In this document: positions 8,168 to 16,549 of the stretch, piece by piece
Layout of the letters: the number at the start of each line of letters is the position of its first letter
How positions within the stretch are numbered: the first letter of the stretch is position 1
Virus record (IMG/VR): IMGVR_UViG_3300018413_000007
Coordinates: 1 to 64,000 of that record
DNA: 64,000 nucleotides
Direction: 5' to 3' (one strand)
Source of the DNA: a virus
Lineage: Duplodnaviria > Caudoviricetes
Program-made: the position numbers and the translations under genes
Notes under the pieces: generated by a model
Database searches by the model: none
The model's input: the letters and a program-made list of their open reading frames with translations, nothing else
What the model was told of the DNA's origin: nothing

Positions 8168-9393
8168 TGTTTCAACCCGTACACACCCATGAAGAACTCC
8201 AGCAGGAGTGGAGGAACCAATTTATACAATGGTACGCAGCAGGCGCTCCTGCTTTCACCCAACCAAAACTCGATCCATTCAAACAGATTCGAGTTCATTT
8301 CAACACACGAGAAGATCGTGAACATTTCGGTGAAAGATTCGGCTACAAGCTGACCGACAAGACTCATATCCTTGCATATCCTAATAAGGAACGTGAGGTG
8401 AATCTTTTTAATAAATGGGTCGATGATGAGACCCATACTCGATACCCGATCTACATCCTGTCAAAGGGTCGATGGGAGTCACGATATACAGCCAAGGCTC
8501 TCGAACGGATGGGAATCAAATATTATATCTGTGTTGAACCTCAAGAGTTTGATAAGTATCAGGCCGTGACAAATCCAGAGTTCGGTACCGTTCTTGAATT
8601 GCCTTTCAGTAATCATGGGAAGGGCTCTGGGCCAGCACGGAATTGGATGTGGGAACACTCTCTTGCCATGGGCTTCGACAAGCACTGGATGATGGATGAT
8701 AATATCGTTGACTTTGGTCGACTCCATAACAATAAGAGATATATCATCGAGAAAGGTTCGGGTATGTTTCGGGCTGTGGAAGACTTCACAGATCGTTATG
8801 AGAATGTGGCCCTTGCCGGACCGCACTACAAATTCTTCGTGATTAATCAGTGTGCTTATCAGCCGTTCATACTAAATACTAGATTGATGTCATGTATCCT
8901 TATTGACAACCGATTCCCCGGTCGATGGAGAGGTAAATTTAACGAGGACGTTGACATCTCAATCCGAGCCCTCAAAGAAGGATGGACGACAATGTTGTTC
9001 TATGCTTTCTTTCAAGGCAAGATGAGGACAGGGACTGTCAAAGGTGGTAACACCACCGAGGTCTATAAGGACTACAAGACCGATGAGAGTGGAGAAGATC
9101 CAGCATATAACAAATCAAAGATGCTGAAAGAGATGCATCCTGATTGTGTGACATTGGTGGAACGATACGGTCGTGTTCATCATCACGTGGATCTCAACGC
9201 AATCGTAAACAAGCATACTGGTCAACCAGCAAGACAGAATGCTTTGATTTTGAAAAAAGATGTACCTATCTATAATAAGACAAACAATTATGGGATGAGT
9301 CTCATGCGAAACTATGGGCTAGAAGATGAATATCCAGACCCACATTTCGAGGCAGATGTATTCCCAACAGGAAGGACTTCAATTCATGCATAA
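8167..9393 (+). CDS. GT-A glycosyltransferase, TAGT/GREB1-like (candidate DNA base glycosylation)
   Basis: PIYILSKGR, VEPQEFDKY, GPARNW, WMMDDN (DxD-like), LNTRLMSCILI and WRGKFNEDVD match my recollection of TET-associated/GREB1-like glycosyltransferases. Confidence 0.75.
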   Translation: MFQPVHTHEELQQEWRNQFIQWYAAGAPAFTQPKLDPFKQIRVHFNTREDREHFGERFGYKLTDKTHILAYPNKEREVNLFNKWVDDETHTRYPIYILSKGRWESRYTAKALERMGIKYYICVEPQEFDKYQAVTNPEFGTVLELPFSNHGKGSGPARNWMWEHSLAMGFDKHWMMDDNIVDFGRLHNNKRYIIEKGSGMFRAVEDFTDRYENVALAGPHYKFFVINQCAYQPFILNTRLMSCILIDNRFPGRWRGKFNEDVDISIRALKEGWTTMLFYAFFQGKMRTGTVKGGNTTEVYKDYKTDESGEDPAYNKSKMLKEMHPDCVTLVERYGRVHHHVDLNAIVNKHTGQPARQNALILKKDVPIYNKTNNYGMSLMRNYGLEDEYPDPHFEADVFPTGRTSIHA

Positions 9394-10267
9394 AAAAATT
9401 CTCGTGACGGGTGGTGCCGGATTTGTCGGTAGTCATTTATGTGAGGCCTTGACAGCACTAGGTCATAACGTAACATCTATTGATAATTATTTTACCGGCT
9501 CACCTGACAATCACGTGCCGGGGGTAAGCTACATTCGCGGGACAACAGATTCCATGCGAATGGATGCCATGCCTCGATTCGATCTTGTCTATCATCTAGG
9601 AGAGTATTCTCGTGTAGAACAGAGCTTTGACGACATCAATTTGGTTCATCGATATAATGTCAACGGCACCTTTCGTTTGCTACAGGCTGCAAGGAACTGG
9701 GGTGCAAAGATCATATATGCTGGATCGAGTACAAAATTTGCAGACGAACACGATGGTTACACGATAAGCCCATATGCATTTTTCAAGAAGCAGAATACAG
9801 AACTGGTCAAGCAATTCTGTGAATGGTATCACCTCGATTATGCTATCACATATTTCTATAACGTATACGGTCCTCGTGAAATCAGTGAAGGGAAATATGC
9901 CACTTTAATTGCAAAATATATGGATCGTTTCGACAAAGGGCTTCCTTTACAGGTGGTCGCCCCTGGTACACAAAAGAGAAACTTCACTCACATTGCTGAC
10001 ATTGTCCAGGCTCTGATTTTAATTGGTATCGATGGTAAGGGTGATGAATATGGTATTGGCCATCCAGACTCTTATACAGTTCAAGAAGTCGCTGAGATGT
10101 TTAATGCTCCGATTGAGATGTTACCTCCCAGACCGGGTAACAGGATGTCTGCACCCGTGATCACGAACAAAACCAAGGCACTTGGGTGGGAGCCAGAACA
10201 CAATTTGGAAACTTATATCAAAGATTTCCTTTTCGCCATACCCCCGGCGATGAAGCTATATAAATAG
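9386..10267 (+). CDS. NAD-dependent nucleotide-sugar epimerase/dehydratase (extended SDR, WcaG/GalE-like)
   Basis: ILVTGGAGFVGSHL Rossmann motif, catalytic S (AGSS), YxxxK (YAFFK), YFYNVYGP, RNFTHIADIV. Confidence 0.9.
   Translation: MHKKILVTGGAGFVGSHLCEALTALGHNVTSIDNYFTGSPDNHVPGVSYIRGTTDSMRMDAMPRFDLVYHLGEYSRVEQSFDDINLVHRYNVNGTFRLLQAARNWGAKIIYAGSSTKFADEHDGYTISPYAFFKKQNTELVKQFCEWYHLDYAITYFYNVYGPREISEGKYATLIAKYMDRFDKGLPLQVVAPGTQKRNFTHIADIVQALILIGIDGKGDEYGIGHPDSYTVQEVAEMFNAPIEMLPPRPGNRMSAPVITNKTKALGWEPEHNLETYIKDFLFAIPPAMKLYK
10259..10266 (+). promoter_or_regulatory. T4-type late promoter
   Basis: Exact TATAAATA upstream of dexA. Confidence 0.6.
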
Positions 10268-10293
10268 ATTGATTGACACCTAAATTTTTTGTT

Positions 10294-10914
10294 ATGAGTA
10301 GAAAACACTTAATTATTGATTTTGAAACCATGGGTATTGATATTCACAGTTGTGCTGTGATCGATATGTCTGCCATGGTCTTCGACTGGGATCGTTTCCA
10401 AACCAACAAGCCCTACAATTTCGACTCTATTTCAGAGTGTAAAAAATTCAAGCTCAATGTTCAACAACAGGTAAAGGAACACGACTTTACGATTGATCAA
10501 AGCACTTTAGAATTTTGGGCAGAACAGCCTAAAAATGTCAGAAAGAACATCTCACCCAAACCAGATGATCTATCCGTAGATGAATTCTGTGATGAGTTCT
10601 TAGAGTTTCTGATTCCTCATGGCAAAATATCTTGTTGGTGGTCTCGGTCAAATACATTTGACCCCATCATCCTCTGGCGTCTCTTCGACGCTGCCGGTAA
10701 ATTACCTAAGATACACGAATATCTCCCACACTATGCATTGAGAGATACTCGAACTTGGATTGACGCAAAATTAAATTTTCCTAAAAAGAATGGATTCGCT
10801 CCAGTGAACAAAGAAGAATGGGATAAGCACTTCAAGCACCATGACAGCTCATGGGATATCCTTGCTGATGTTCTTCGCATGCAGTTCATAGAGCGGGTTG
10901 AATTTTTAGACTAA
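10294..10914 (+). CDS. dexA: 3'-5' exonuclease, DexA-like (DEDDh)
   Basis: IIDFET, WSRSNTFDPIIL, RDTRT and H...DILAD; ATG 10294 preferred over TTG 10273. Confidence 0.8.
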   Translation: MSRKHLIIDFETMGIDIHSCAVIDMSAMVFDWDRFQTNKPYNFDSISECKKFKLNVQQQVKEHDFTIDQSTLEFWAEQPKNVRKNISPKPDDLSVDEFCDEFLEFLIPHGKISCWWSRSNTFDPIILWRLFDAAGKLPKIHEYLPHYALRDTRTWIDAKLNFPKKNGFAPVNKEEWDKHFKHHDSSWDILADVLRMQFIERVEFLD

Positions 10915-10945
10915 ATAATTTTACATACATTATGGAGCACTTGAC

Positions 10946-11809
10946 ATGTCAGCTTTAACTAGAGAGCAAGAAAATCTTATGGAATACTCACTACGCTTGG
11001 GAATCATTGGTCATGGTTTCGTGGGTGGCTCAGTCTCACACGGCTTTAACAACGATTTCACGAAACAGTTGATCATCGACCCACGATTCGGTGATAGTAA
11101 CTACGACGATCTTATGGGATTCAGCCCACAGATGGTATTTGTCTGTGTACCGACACCGCAGATGCCAGATGGCACACAAGACAACACCATCGTTCGAAAG
11201 GTGTGTTCTTCTTTATATAATAAGAACTACAAAGGAATCGTCGTAATCAAGAGTACGATCACTCCTCAGAGTATCAAGTATCTGAAAACTGCTTATGGTG
11301 ATCGGTTACGCCTCGTGTATAACCCAGAGTTCTTGACCGAGGCCAATGCAAAGAAAGACTTTATCAACCCACCGTTTCAGATCATCGGTGGTGAATTGGA
11401 TGACTGTATCGAGGTCGAAAAATTCTACAAGACCCACAGTAATGTGAAAACATGTCCCACATATAAGGTTGACATGGTGGCCGCATCTATGATAAAATAC
11501 ACGATCAACAGTTTCCTTGCAATGAAGGTTGTCTTCTTCAACGAATTGAATACTCTGTTTGAAAATAGTGGAACATCAGAATCGTGGGATACCTTTACCG
11601 ATATCTTGGCACAGGAACCTCGAATGGGTCCTAGTCATATGAAGGTGCCAGGGCCAGATGGATCACGAGGATTTGGTGGTAATTGTTTCCCCAAAGATAC
11701 TGCTGGATTCGTGAAATATTCCGAGCAGGTATCTGATACCACGGGTGAGAATCACATTTTGAATTTATTAAAATACGCTACAGAACTGAATAGAGATATG
11801 AGGGGTTGA
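10946..11809 (+). CDS. UDP-glucose/GDP-mannose dehydrogenase-like protein lacking the C-terminal domain
   Basis: GIIGHGFVG, FVCVPTP, IKST, NPEFL, KYTIN, and catalytic Cys in GFGGNCFPKD; only 287 aa. Confidence 0.85.
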   Translation: MSALTREQENLMEYSLRLGIIGHGFVGGSVSHGFNNDFTKQLIIDPRFGDSNYDDLMGFSPQMVFVCVPTPQMPDGTQDNTIVRKVCSSLYNKNYKGIVVIKSTITPQSIKYLKTAYGDRLRLVYNPEFLTEANAKKDFINPPFQIIGGELDDCIEVEKFYKTHSNVKTCPTYKVDMVAASMIKYTINSFLAMKVVFFNELNTLFENSGTSESWDTFTDILAQEPRMGPSHMKVPGPDGSRGFGGNCFPKDTAGFVKYSEQVSDTTGENHILNLLKYATELNRDMRG

Positions 11810-11834
11810 CAAGCAACCCAATCTTTGATATAAT
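11806..11834 (+). promoter_or_regulatory. sigma70-type promoter
   Basis: TTGACA-N17-TATAAT with an extended -10 TG, followed directly by AGGAG. Confidence 0.85.
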
Positions 11835-11845
11835 AGGAGTTTATT

Positions 11846-12052
11846 ATGGCAGATTTACGAGAAGAAATAATTGACGGCCTTGTTACATACTTCAAGGCAG
11901 GCATTGAAAGACACAGAATCAATGTGGAGATCTTGCTCGAAAAACGTGTCGGGGTCGCAGAACACCCTGACGTGATGGAAACTATTGAGAGTGAACTGAC
12001 CAAGATTGCAGAACTTGATGATAAGATTTCTGTTCTTAACAAATATTTTTGA
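11846..12052 (+). CDS. Conserved T4-like hypothetical protein (68 aa)
   Basis: AGGAG RBS; GVAEHPDVMETIESEL motif that I recall from marine T4-like phages. Confidence 0.75.
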   Translation: MADLREEIIDGLVTYFKAGIERHRINVEILLEKRVGVAEHPDVMETIESELTKIAELDDKISVLNKYF

Positions 12053-12061
12053 GGTATTATA

Positions 12062-12928
12062 ATGTCTGAAGGTGAAGTAAGAGTAGAAGACCTGAAACAA
12101 TACAGGATCTTTCTGGGCACACCAATGTATGGTGGCCAATGCTCTGGCCTATACACTAAATCAGTGGCAGATCTATCCGCACTTTGTTCCCAGCAAGGCA
12201 TCTTTATCAATCAATATTTCTTGTTCAACGAAAGTCTAGTTCAAAGAGCAAGGAATTACATCACCGATGAGTTCCTTCGATCTAACTGTACCCATTTGTT
12301 GTTCATTGATTCAGATATTGGTTTTGATCCAAGAGATGTTTTGAATCTTCTAGCCATTCAGCATTCGAATCCAGAAACAGTACACGTAATTTCTGGTGCT
12401 TATCCGAAGAAGACAATTGCTTGGGAAAAAGTGCATGTCGCATCAAGGTTAGGCAAGGGAGATAACAGCCCCTTCGACCTCGAAAATTATTCTGCAGATT
12501 TTGCCTTGAATCTATCGAAGATGGGTGCTGATGATATGAAGAGGCCGGTACAAGTCGCAGAGGCTGCCACTGGTTTCATGTTATTGCCCAGATCAACATT
12601 AGAAGAATGGGCAAAGAGATATCCAGAGCAACGATATCGACCTGACCATGCTAGAACAGATAACTTTGATGGGACGAATGAGATCACAGCATTCTTTGAT
12701 TGTGTGATCGACCCAGAAACAAAACGATATCTTTCTGAAGATTACTATTTCTGCAAGAAGGCAAGAGAGGCTGGAATGTTTCTATGGCTATGCCCTTGGA
12801 TGAAATTGAACCATGTTGGTATGCATGTATTCAAAGGTGATATGCAGGCGATGCACGATTTAGGTCTATCTATGACAGCAGATAGATCCTCAATGAAACG
12901 AAAATATAGAAAACCGAAACGCAAGTAG
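12062..12928 (+). CDS. GT-A (GT2-like) glycosyltransferase
   Basis: FLGTPMYGG, ESLVQRARN, THLLFIDSDIGF (DxD), GAYPKK, TGFMLL, YLSEDYYFC and HVG. Confidence 0.75.
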   Translation: MSEGEVRVEDLKQYRIFLGTPMYGGQCSGLYTKSVADLSALCSQQGIFINQYFLFNESLVQRARNYITDEFLRSNCTHLLFIDSDIGFDPRDVLNLLAIQHSNPETVHVISGAYPKKTIAWEKVHVASRLGKGDNSPFDLENYSADFALNLSKMGADDMKRPVQVAEAATGFMLLPRSTLEEWAKRYPEQRYRPDHARTDNFDGTNEITAFFDCVIDPETKRYLSEDYYFCKKAREAGMFLWLCPWMKLNHVGMHVFKGDMQAMHDLGLSMTADRSSMKRKYRKPKRK

Positions 12929-12943
12929 GGAGACCCTTATATA

Positions 12944-13609
12944 ATGAACTTTAGTGAACAAACTCTGAATGTGCTGAAATCCTTTTCCGGCATCAACAAG
13001 TCTATCTTGTTGCAACCTGGTCGAGAGCTTCGCACTATTACTCCAGAGAAGACCCTTATTGCTAAGGCAGTGATTGCTGATGAGATCCCTGCTGAGGCAT
13101 GTATCTATGATTTATCTCGATTCATCTCAATTTTGAGTCTATATAATGAACCAAATGTCGAGTTCGAAGATAAATACTTTATTATCTCCGAGGGTAAGCG
13201 TAAGACAAAATATGTGTACGCTGACATCTCGATGATACACGTTCCGCCCTCTAAGGAAATTACCATTCCTTCTGAAGATGTGAAAGTGAATGTGGGTTGG
13301 GATGACCTCCAATCAGTCGTCAAGGCTGCCGGTGTTCTCCAATTCTCAGAGGTTGCCTTCGTTGGTACCGACGGTAAGGTATTCCTCAAAGCAATCGACA
13401 GTTCCAATGAAGGTTCCGATGATTACGGTATTGAAATTGGTGAGACTGCCGACGAGTTTAAGATTATCATTAAGACTGATAACCTCAAGCTCTTGCCTCA
13501 AGACTATGAAGTTGTTTTGTGCTCAAAAGGAATTTCTCAATTCAAAGGCGAAACTGCTACATATTTTGTGGCTATTGATTCAAAGTCGACTTACAATAAA
13601 GGAGCTTAA
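12944..13609 (+). CDS. gp45: Sliding clamp
   Basis: T4-like N-terminus SEQTLNVLKSFSGINKSILL, IYDLSRFIS; located just before the clamp loader. Confidence 0.92.
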   Translation: MNFSEQTLNVLKSFSGINKSILLQPGRELRTITPEKTLIAKAVIADEIPAEACIYDLSRFISILSLYNEPNVEFEDKYFIISEGKRKTKYVYADISMIHVPPSKEITIPSEDVKVNVGWDDLQSVVKAAGVLQFSEVAFVGTDGKVFLKAIDSSNEGSDDYGIEIGETADEFKIIIKTDNLKLLPQDYEVVLCSKGISQFKGETATYFVAIDSKSTYNKGA

Positions 13610-13611
13610 TT

Positions 13612-13887
13612 ATGAGCGAAATGCAACAGCAACAGCAGGAGCCAGTATCTATCACTCTGAATGATATTGCTACTACCCTGCAGATTATCGATGTGGTTTC
13701 ACGTCGTGGTGCCTTCCAAGGCAACGAACTCCGAGGCGTAGGTATGCTTCGTGATAAGCTTGAAGTATATCTTCAGCAAAATGGCCCTCAGCAAAGTTCT
13801 GAGCAGCAAATGGCTGCCGCTGCTGAACAGGGTGTTGATGTCGCCGTTCCCCCAGAAGGGGAATTGTCGAACTTGGTGGTTCAATAA
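13612..13887 (+). CDS. Conserved hypothetical protein (91 aa)
   Basis: AGGAG RBS; IIDVVSRRGAFQGNEL motif recalled from T4-like phages. Confidence 0.7.
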   Translation: MSEMQQQQQEPVSITLNDIATTLQIIDVVSRRGAFQGNELRGVGMLRDKLEVYLQQNGPQQSSEQQMAAAAEQGVDVAVPPEGELSNLVVQ

Positions 13888-13900
13888 GAACCCCACTTTG

Positions 13901-13927
13901 GGGGCCGAATCAGGCCCCTATTTTTTT
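13901..13927 (+). terminator. Rho-independent terminator before gp44
   Basis: GGGGCC-GAATCA-GGCCCC followed by TA and a T7 run. Confidence 0.75.
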
Positions 13928-13952
13928 ATATTATGATTAAGGTGACTATATT

Positions 13953-14903
13953 ATGGTGGATGTTAAATCCAACGAAGTGTTGTGGGTGGAGAAATACCGG
14001 CCACAAAAAATTGATGACACCATTCTTCCTGAAAAGACAAAAACTGCTTTCAAAAAATTTGTTTCTGACGAGACAATCCCTAATCTACTCCTGACTGGTA
14101 CCCCTGGCGTTGGTAAGACCACCATCGCTAAGGCAATGCTAGATGAACTTGGCTGTGATTATATTGTCAAGAATGGATCTCTTAATGTCAATATCGATTC
14201 GATTCGGTATGATATCTCTACGTTTGCTTCAGCGGTATCTCTGACTGGTGGTCGGAAATATGTGATCTTTGATGAGGCAGACTATCTCAATGCCACCAGT
14301 GTCCAACCTGCACTGAGAAACTTCATCGAAGAATATTCTTCGAACTGTGGTTTCATCTTTACCTGTAACTTCAAGAACAGGATTATCGAACCCCTACGAT
14401 CTCGGCTTTCTGAGGTAGATTTCTCTATTAACCCAGAAGAAAGACCTGCCCTTGCCATGCAATTCTTCAAACGTGTGACTACCATCCTCGATATGGAAGG
14501 GGTGACATATGACAAGAAGGTCGTGGCCAAGATCATCGAAAAATATTTTCCAGATTTTCGACGGGTCCTTACTGAACTCCAATCCTATGCTGGTTCTGGT
14601 TCTATCGATGAGGGTATCTTCGTCAACCTTAAACAAGAATCGGTGGACGAACTCTTCTCTCTTCTCAAGCAGAAGAACTTCACTGAGATGCGGAAATGGG
14701 TTGCCAAGAACTCTGATCAAGATATGAACGAACTCTTTCGTCGGATCTATGATACGGCCAGTGACAAGATTGAATTCAAATCTGTCCCCGGTCTGGTTGT
14801 AACCCTGGCTGATTATATGTACAAGGCCAATTTTGTTGCCGACCAAGAAATCAATATGGTTGCTTTCTTGACTGAGATCATGATCGAATCGGAGTTCAAA
14901 TAG
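13953..14903 (+). CDS. gp44: Clamp loader large subunit (AAA+)
   Basis: LWVEKYRP, Walker A GTPGVGKT, IFDEAD, SRL arginine finger, FPDFRR. Confidence 0.95.
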   Translation: MVDVKSNEVLWVEKYRPQKIDDTILPEKTKTAFKKFVSDETIPNLLLTGTPGVGKTTIAKAMLDELGCDYIVKNGSLNVNIDSIRYDISTFASAVSLTGGRKYVIFDEADYLNATSVQPALRNFIEEYSSNCGFIFTCNFKNRIIEPLRSRLSEVDFSINPEERPALAMQFFKRVTTILDMEGVTYDKKVVAKIIEKYFPDFRRVLTELQSYAGSGSIDEGIFVNLKQESVDELFSLLKQKNFTEMRKWVAKNSDQDMNELFRRIYDTASDKIEFKSVPGLVVTLADYMYKANFVADQEINMVAFLTEIMIESEFK

Positions 14904-15091
14904 TGTTCATCTCAAGAAAATGCTTTAATTGTGGAAAAAAGATCAAGACCAAACATGATCTCTATGAGATCACGATGAATACCCTAGAAGGTAAACACCA
15001 GGTCAAGGTCTGTGGTACCTGCGCCACACAATTTGATGAGATACTGAAAGATATTGAGGAGTTACATAGTGAAAGACCTAAGCCCATTTGA
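14903..15091 (+). CDS. Small zinc-binding hypothetical protein
   Basis: GTG start overlapping the gp44 stop; CFNC...CGTC. Confidence 0.55.
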   Translation: MFISRKCFNCGKKIKTKHDLYEITMNTLEGKHQVKVCGTCATQFDEILKDIEELHSERPKPI

Positions 15092-15464
15092 TTTCATCTC
15101 AGCCGTTTCTGATAACAAGAAGGATCTTATCAGAGAATCAGACAACCCCGCTCTCACGGAGAAAGAGTATCTACCCTTTATCGTGAATAGAGGCCTGTCA
15201 TTCTTCGATGATTCAATACTGCATGTGAATGAAATGAACCAGAGACATCATATGTTCCCAGTGGGTCAGTTCGATTATTATCGTGCTGCCCTTCGAAAGA
15301 GAAAGAGATTTTCGAAATGGTTCAAACCAGAACAGGACGTAGATCTTGATGCTATCCAGCAGGTCTATCAGTGTTCGAGGTCTATTGCAAAGCTTTACCT
15401 TAAAGCCCTATCCAAATCCCAGTTAAGTGAGATACATTCTCGTTTGGAGAAGGGTGGAAATTGA
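15069..15464 (+). CDS. gp62: Clamp loader small subunit
   Basis: PFDFI, YLPFIVNRGLS and RKRKRFSKW motifs; GTG 15069 after GAGGAG. Confidence 0.88.
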   Translation: MKDLSPFDFISAVSDNKKDLIRESDNPALTEKEYLPFIVNRGLSFFDDSILHVNEMNQRHHMFPVGQFDYYRAALRKRKRFSKWFKPEQDVDLDAIQQVYQCSRSIAKLYLKALSKSQLSEIHSRLEKGGN

Positions 15465-15525
15465 TACATTCCTAAATAGAATGATGACTTTTCCATAATA
15501 ATAAGAAATAAGGTGAATTTGCAGT

Positions 15526-15930
15526 ATGGATTCAGAAGATATATTTAAGGGCGTCGGTGTCGAGATTGAATTACCCAATCAAGACAATTTCCTAAAAGTC
15601 CGTGAGACGCTCACAAGAATTGGTATTTCCTCGCGTAAAGAAAAAAAGCTCTATCAGTCTTGCCATATTTTACACAAGAAAGGTAGATATTCAATTTTGC
15701 ATTTTAAAGAACTTTTTGTTCTGGATGGCAAGTACAATACGTTTACAGATGAAGACAAAGGACGACGTAACGCAATCGTCAATTTGCTAGAAGAGTGGGA
15801 ACTGATCAAGATAATCGACAAAGAAAAGGCCAACGATTTGGTGGCTCCACTCAACCAGATTAAAATCATTTCATTTAAAGATAAGAGCGATTGGGATTTA
15901 GTAGTAAAGTATAATATTGGTAAAAAATAA
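15526..15930 (+). CDS. regA: Translational repressor RegA
   Basis: FLKVRETLTRIGI, LYQSCHILHK, HFKELF. Confidence 0.95.
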   Translation: MDSEDIFKGVGVEIELPNQDNFLKVRETLTRIGISSRKEKKLYQSCHILHKKGRYSILHFKELFVLDGKYNTFTDEDKGRRNAIVNLLEEWELIKIIDKEKANDLVAPLNQIKIISFKDKSDWDLVVKYNIGKK

Positions 15931-15947
15931 ATTTTGAGGTTTATATT

Positions 15948-16454
15948 ATGAAAGTGTATAGAAGTGTTCAAGAGGCAACACTACCAGAATTCGCGACTGA
16001 GGGTTCTGCATGTTTTGATCTTAAAGCATGTTTCCAATTTGGAGATAGGCTCAAAAGTTATAATGCGTGGAATAAAGAAACCCCCATTGTAGCCAAAGAC
16101 CGACTTGAGGGTGACGCTGCAATCAAAATCCCACCCGAGACTCGTGTCCTTATACCTACCGGATTGATCTTTGATATCCCAGACAATCATGTCCTCAAGG
16201 TATATGTTCGATCAAGTGTCGCCCTCAAAAAAGGGTTGACATTAGCGAATAACACTGGTATAATAGATAGCGACTATGTCGATCCGTTATTCGTCGTCTT
16301 ATACAACCTATCAGATACTCTGGTGATGATTAAGAATGGCGAAAGGATCGCTCAGGGAATGCTCCAGAAGACTCTGAAGTATTCTCTATCAGAAACAAAA
16401 ACACAACCCGAACAAAAAACTGATCGGGATGGTGGATTGGGCAGTACAAACTAA
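15948..16454 (+). CDS. dut: Trimeric dUTPase
   Basis: GSACFDL, IPTGL, RSS, GIIDSDY, ERIAQ, RDGGLGST (motifs 1-5). Confidence 0.92.
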   Translation: MKVYRSVQEATLPEFATEGSACFDLKACFQFGDRLKSYNAWNKETPIVAKDRLEGDAAIKIPPETRVLIPTGLIFDIPDNHVLKVYVRSSVALKKGLTLANNTGIIDSDYVDPLFVVLYNLSDTLVMIKNGERIAQGMLQKTLKYSLSETKTQPEQKTDRDGGLGSTN

Positions 16455-16462
16455 TATAAATA
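16455..16462 (+). promoter_or_regulatory. T4-type late promoter for hsp20
   Basis: Exact TATAAATA immediately after the dut stop. Confidence 0.75.
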
Positions 16463-16467
16463 AATTC

Positions 16468-16549
16468 CGTGAGATGCCGAAAGGGTCTCATTGAACCGTC
16501 GGGTATTACCGGCACACAACTCAATGTCTTGCTTAAAAGGAGATAGCAC
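16468..16549 (+). ncRNA. Structured 5' leader of hsp20, ROSE-like RNA thermometer candidate
   Basis: GAGATGCC-GAAA-GGGTCTC hairpin, a second stem GTCGGGT-ATT-ACCGGC, and TTGCT (16529-16533) able to pair with the AGGAG Shine-Dalgarno (16538-16542) with a bulged G. Confidence 0.6.
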
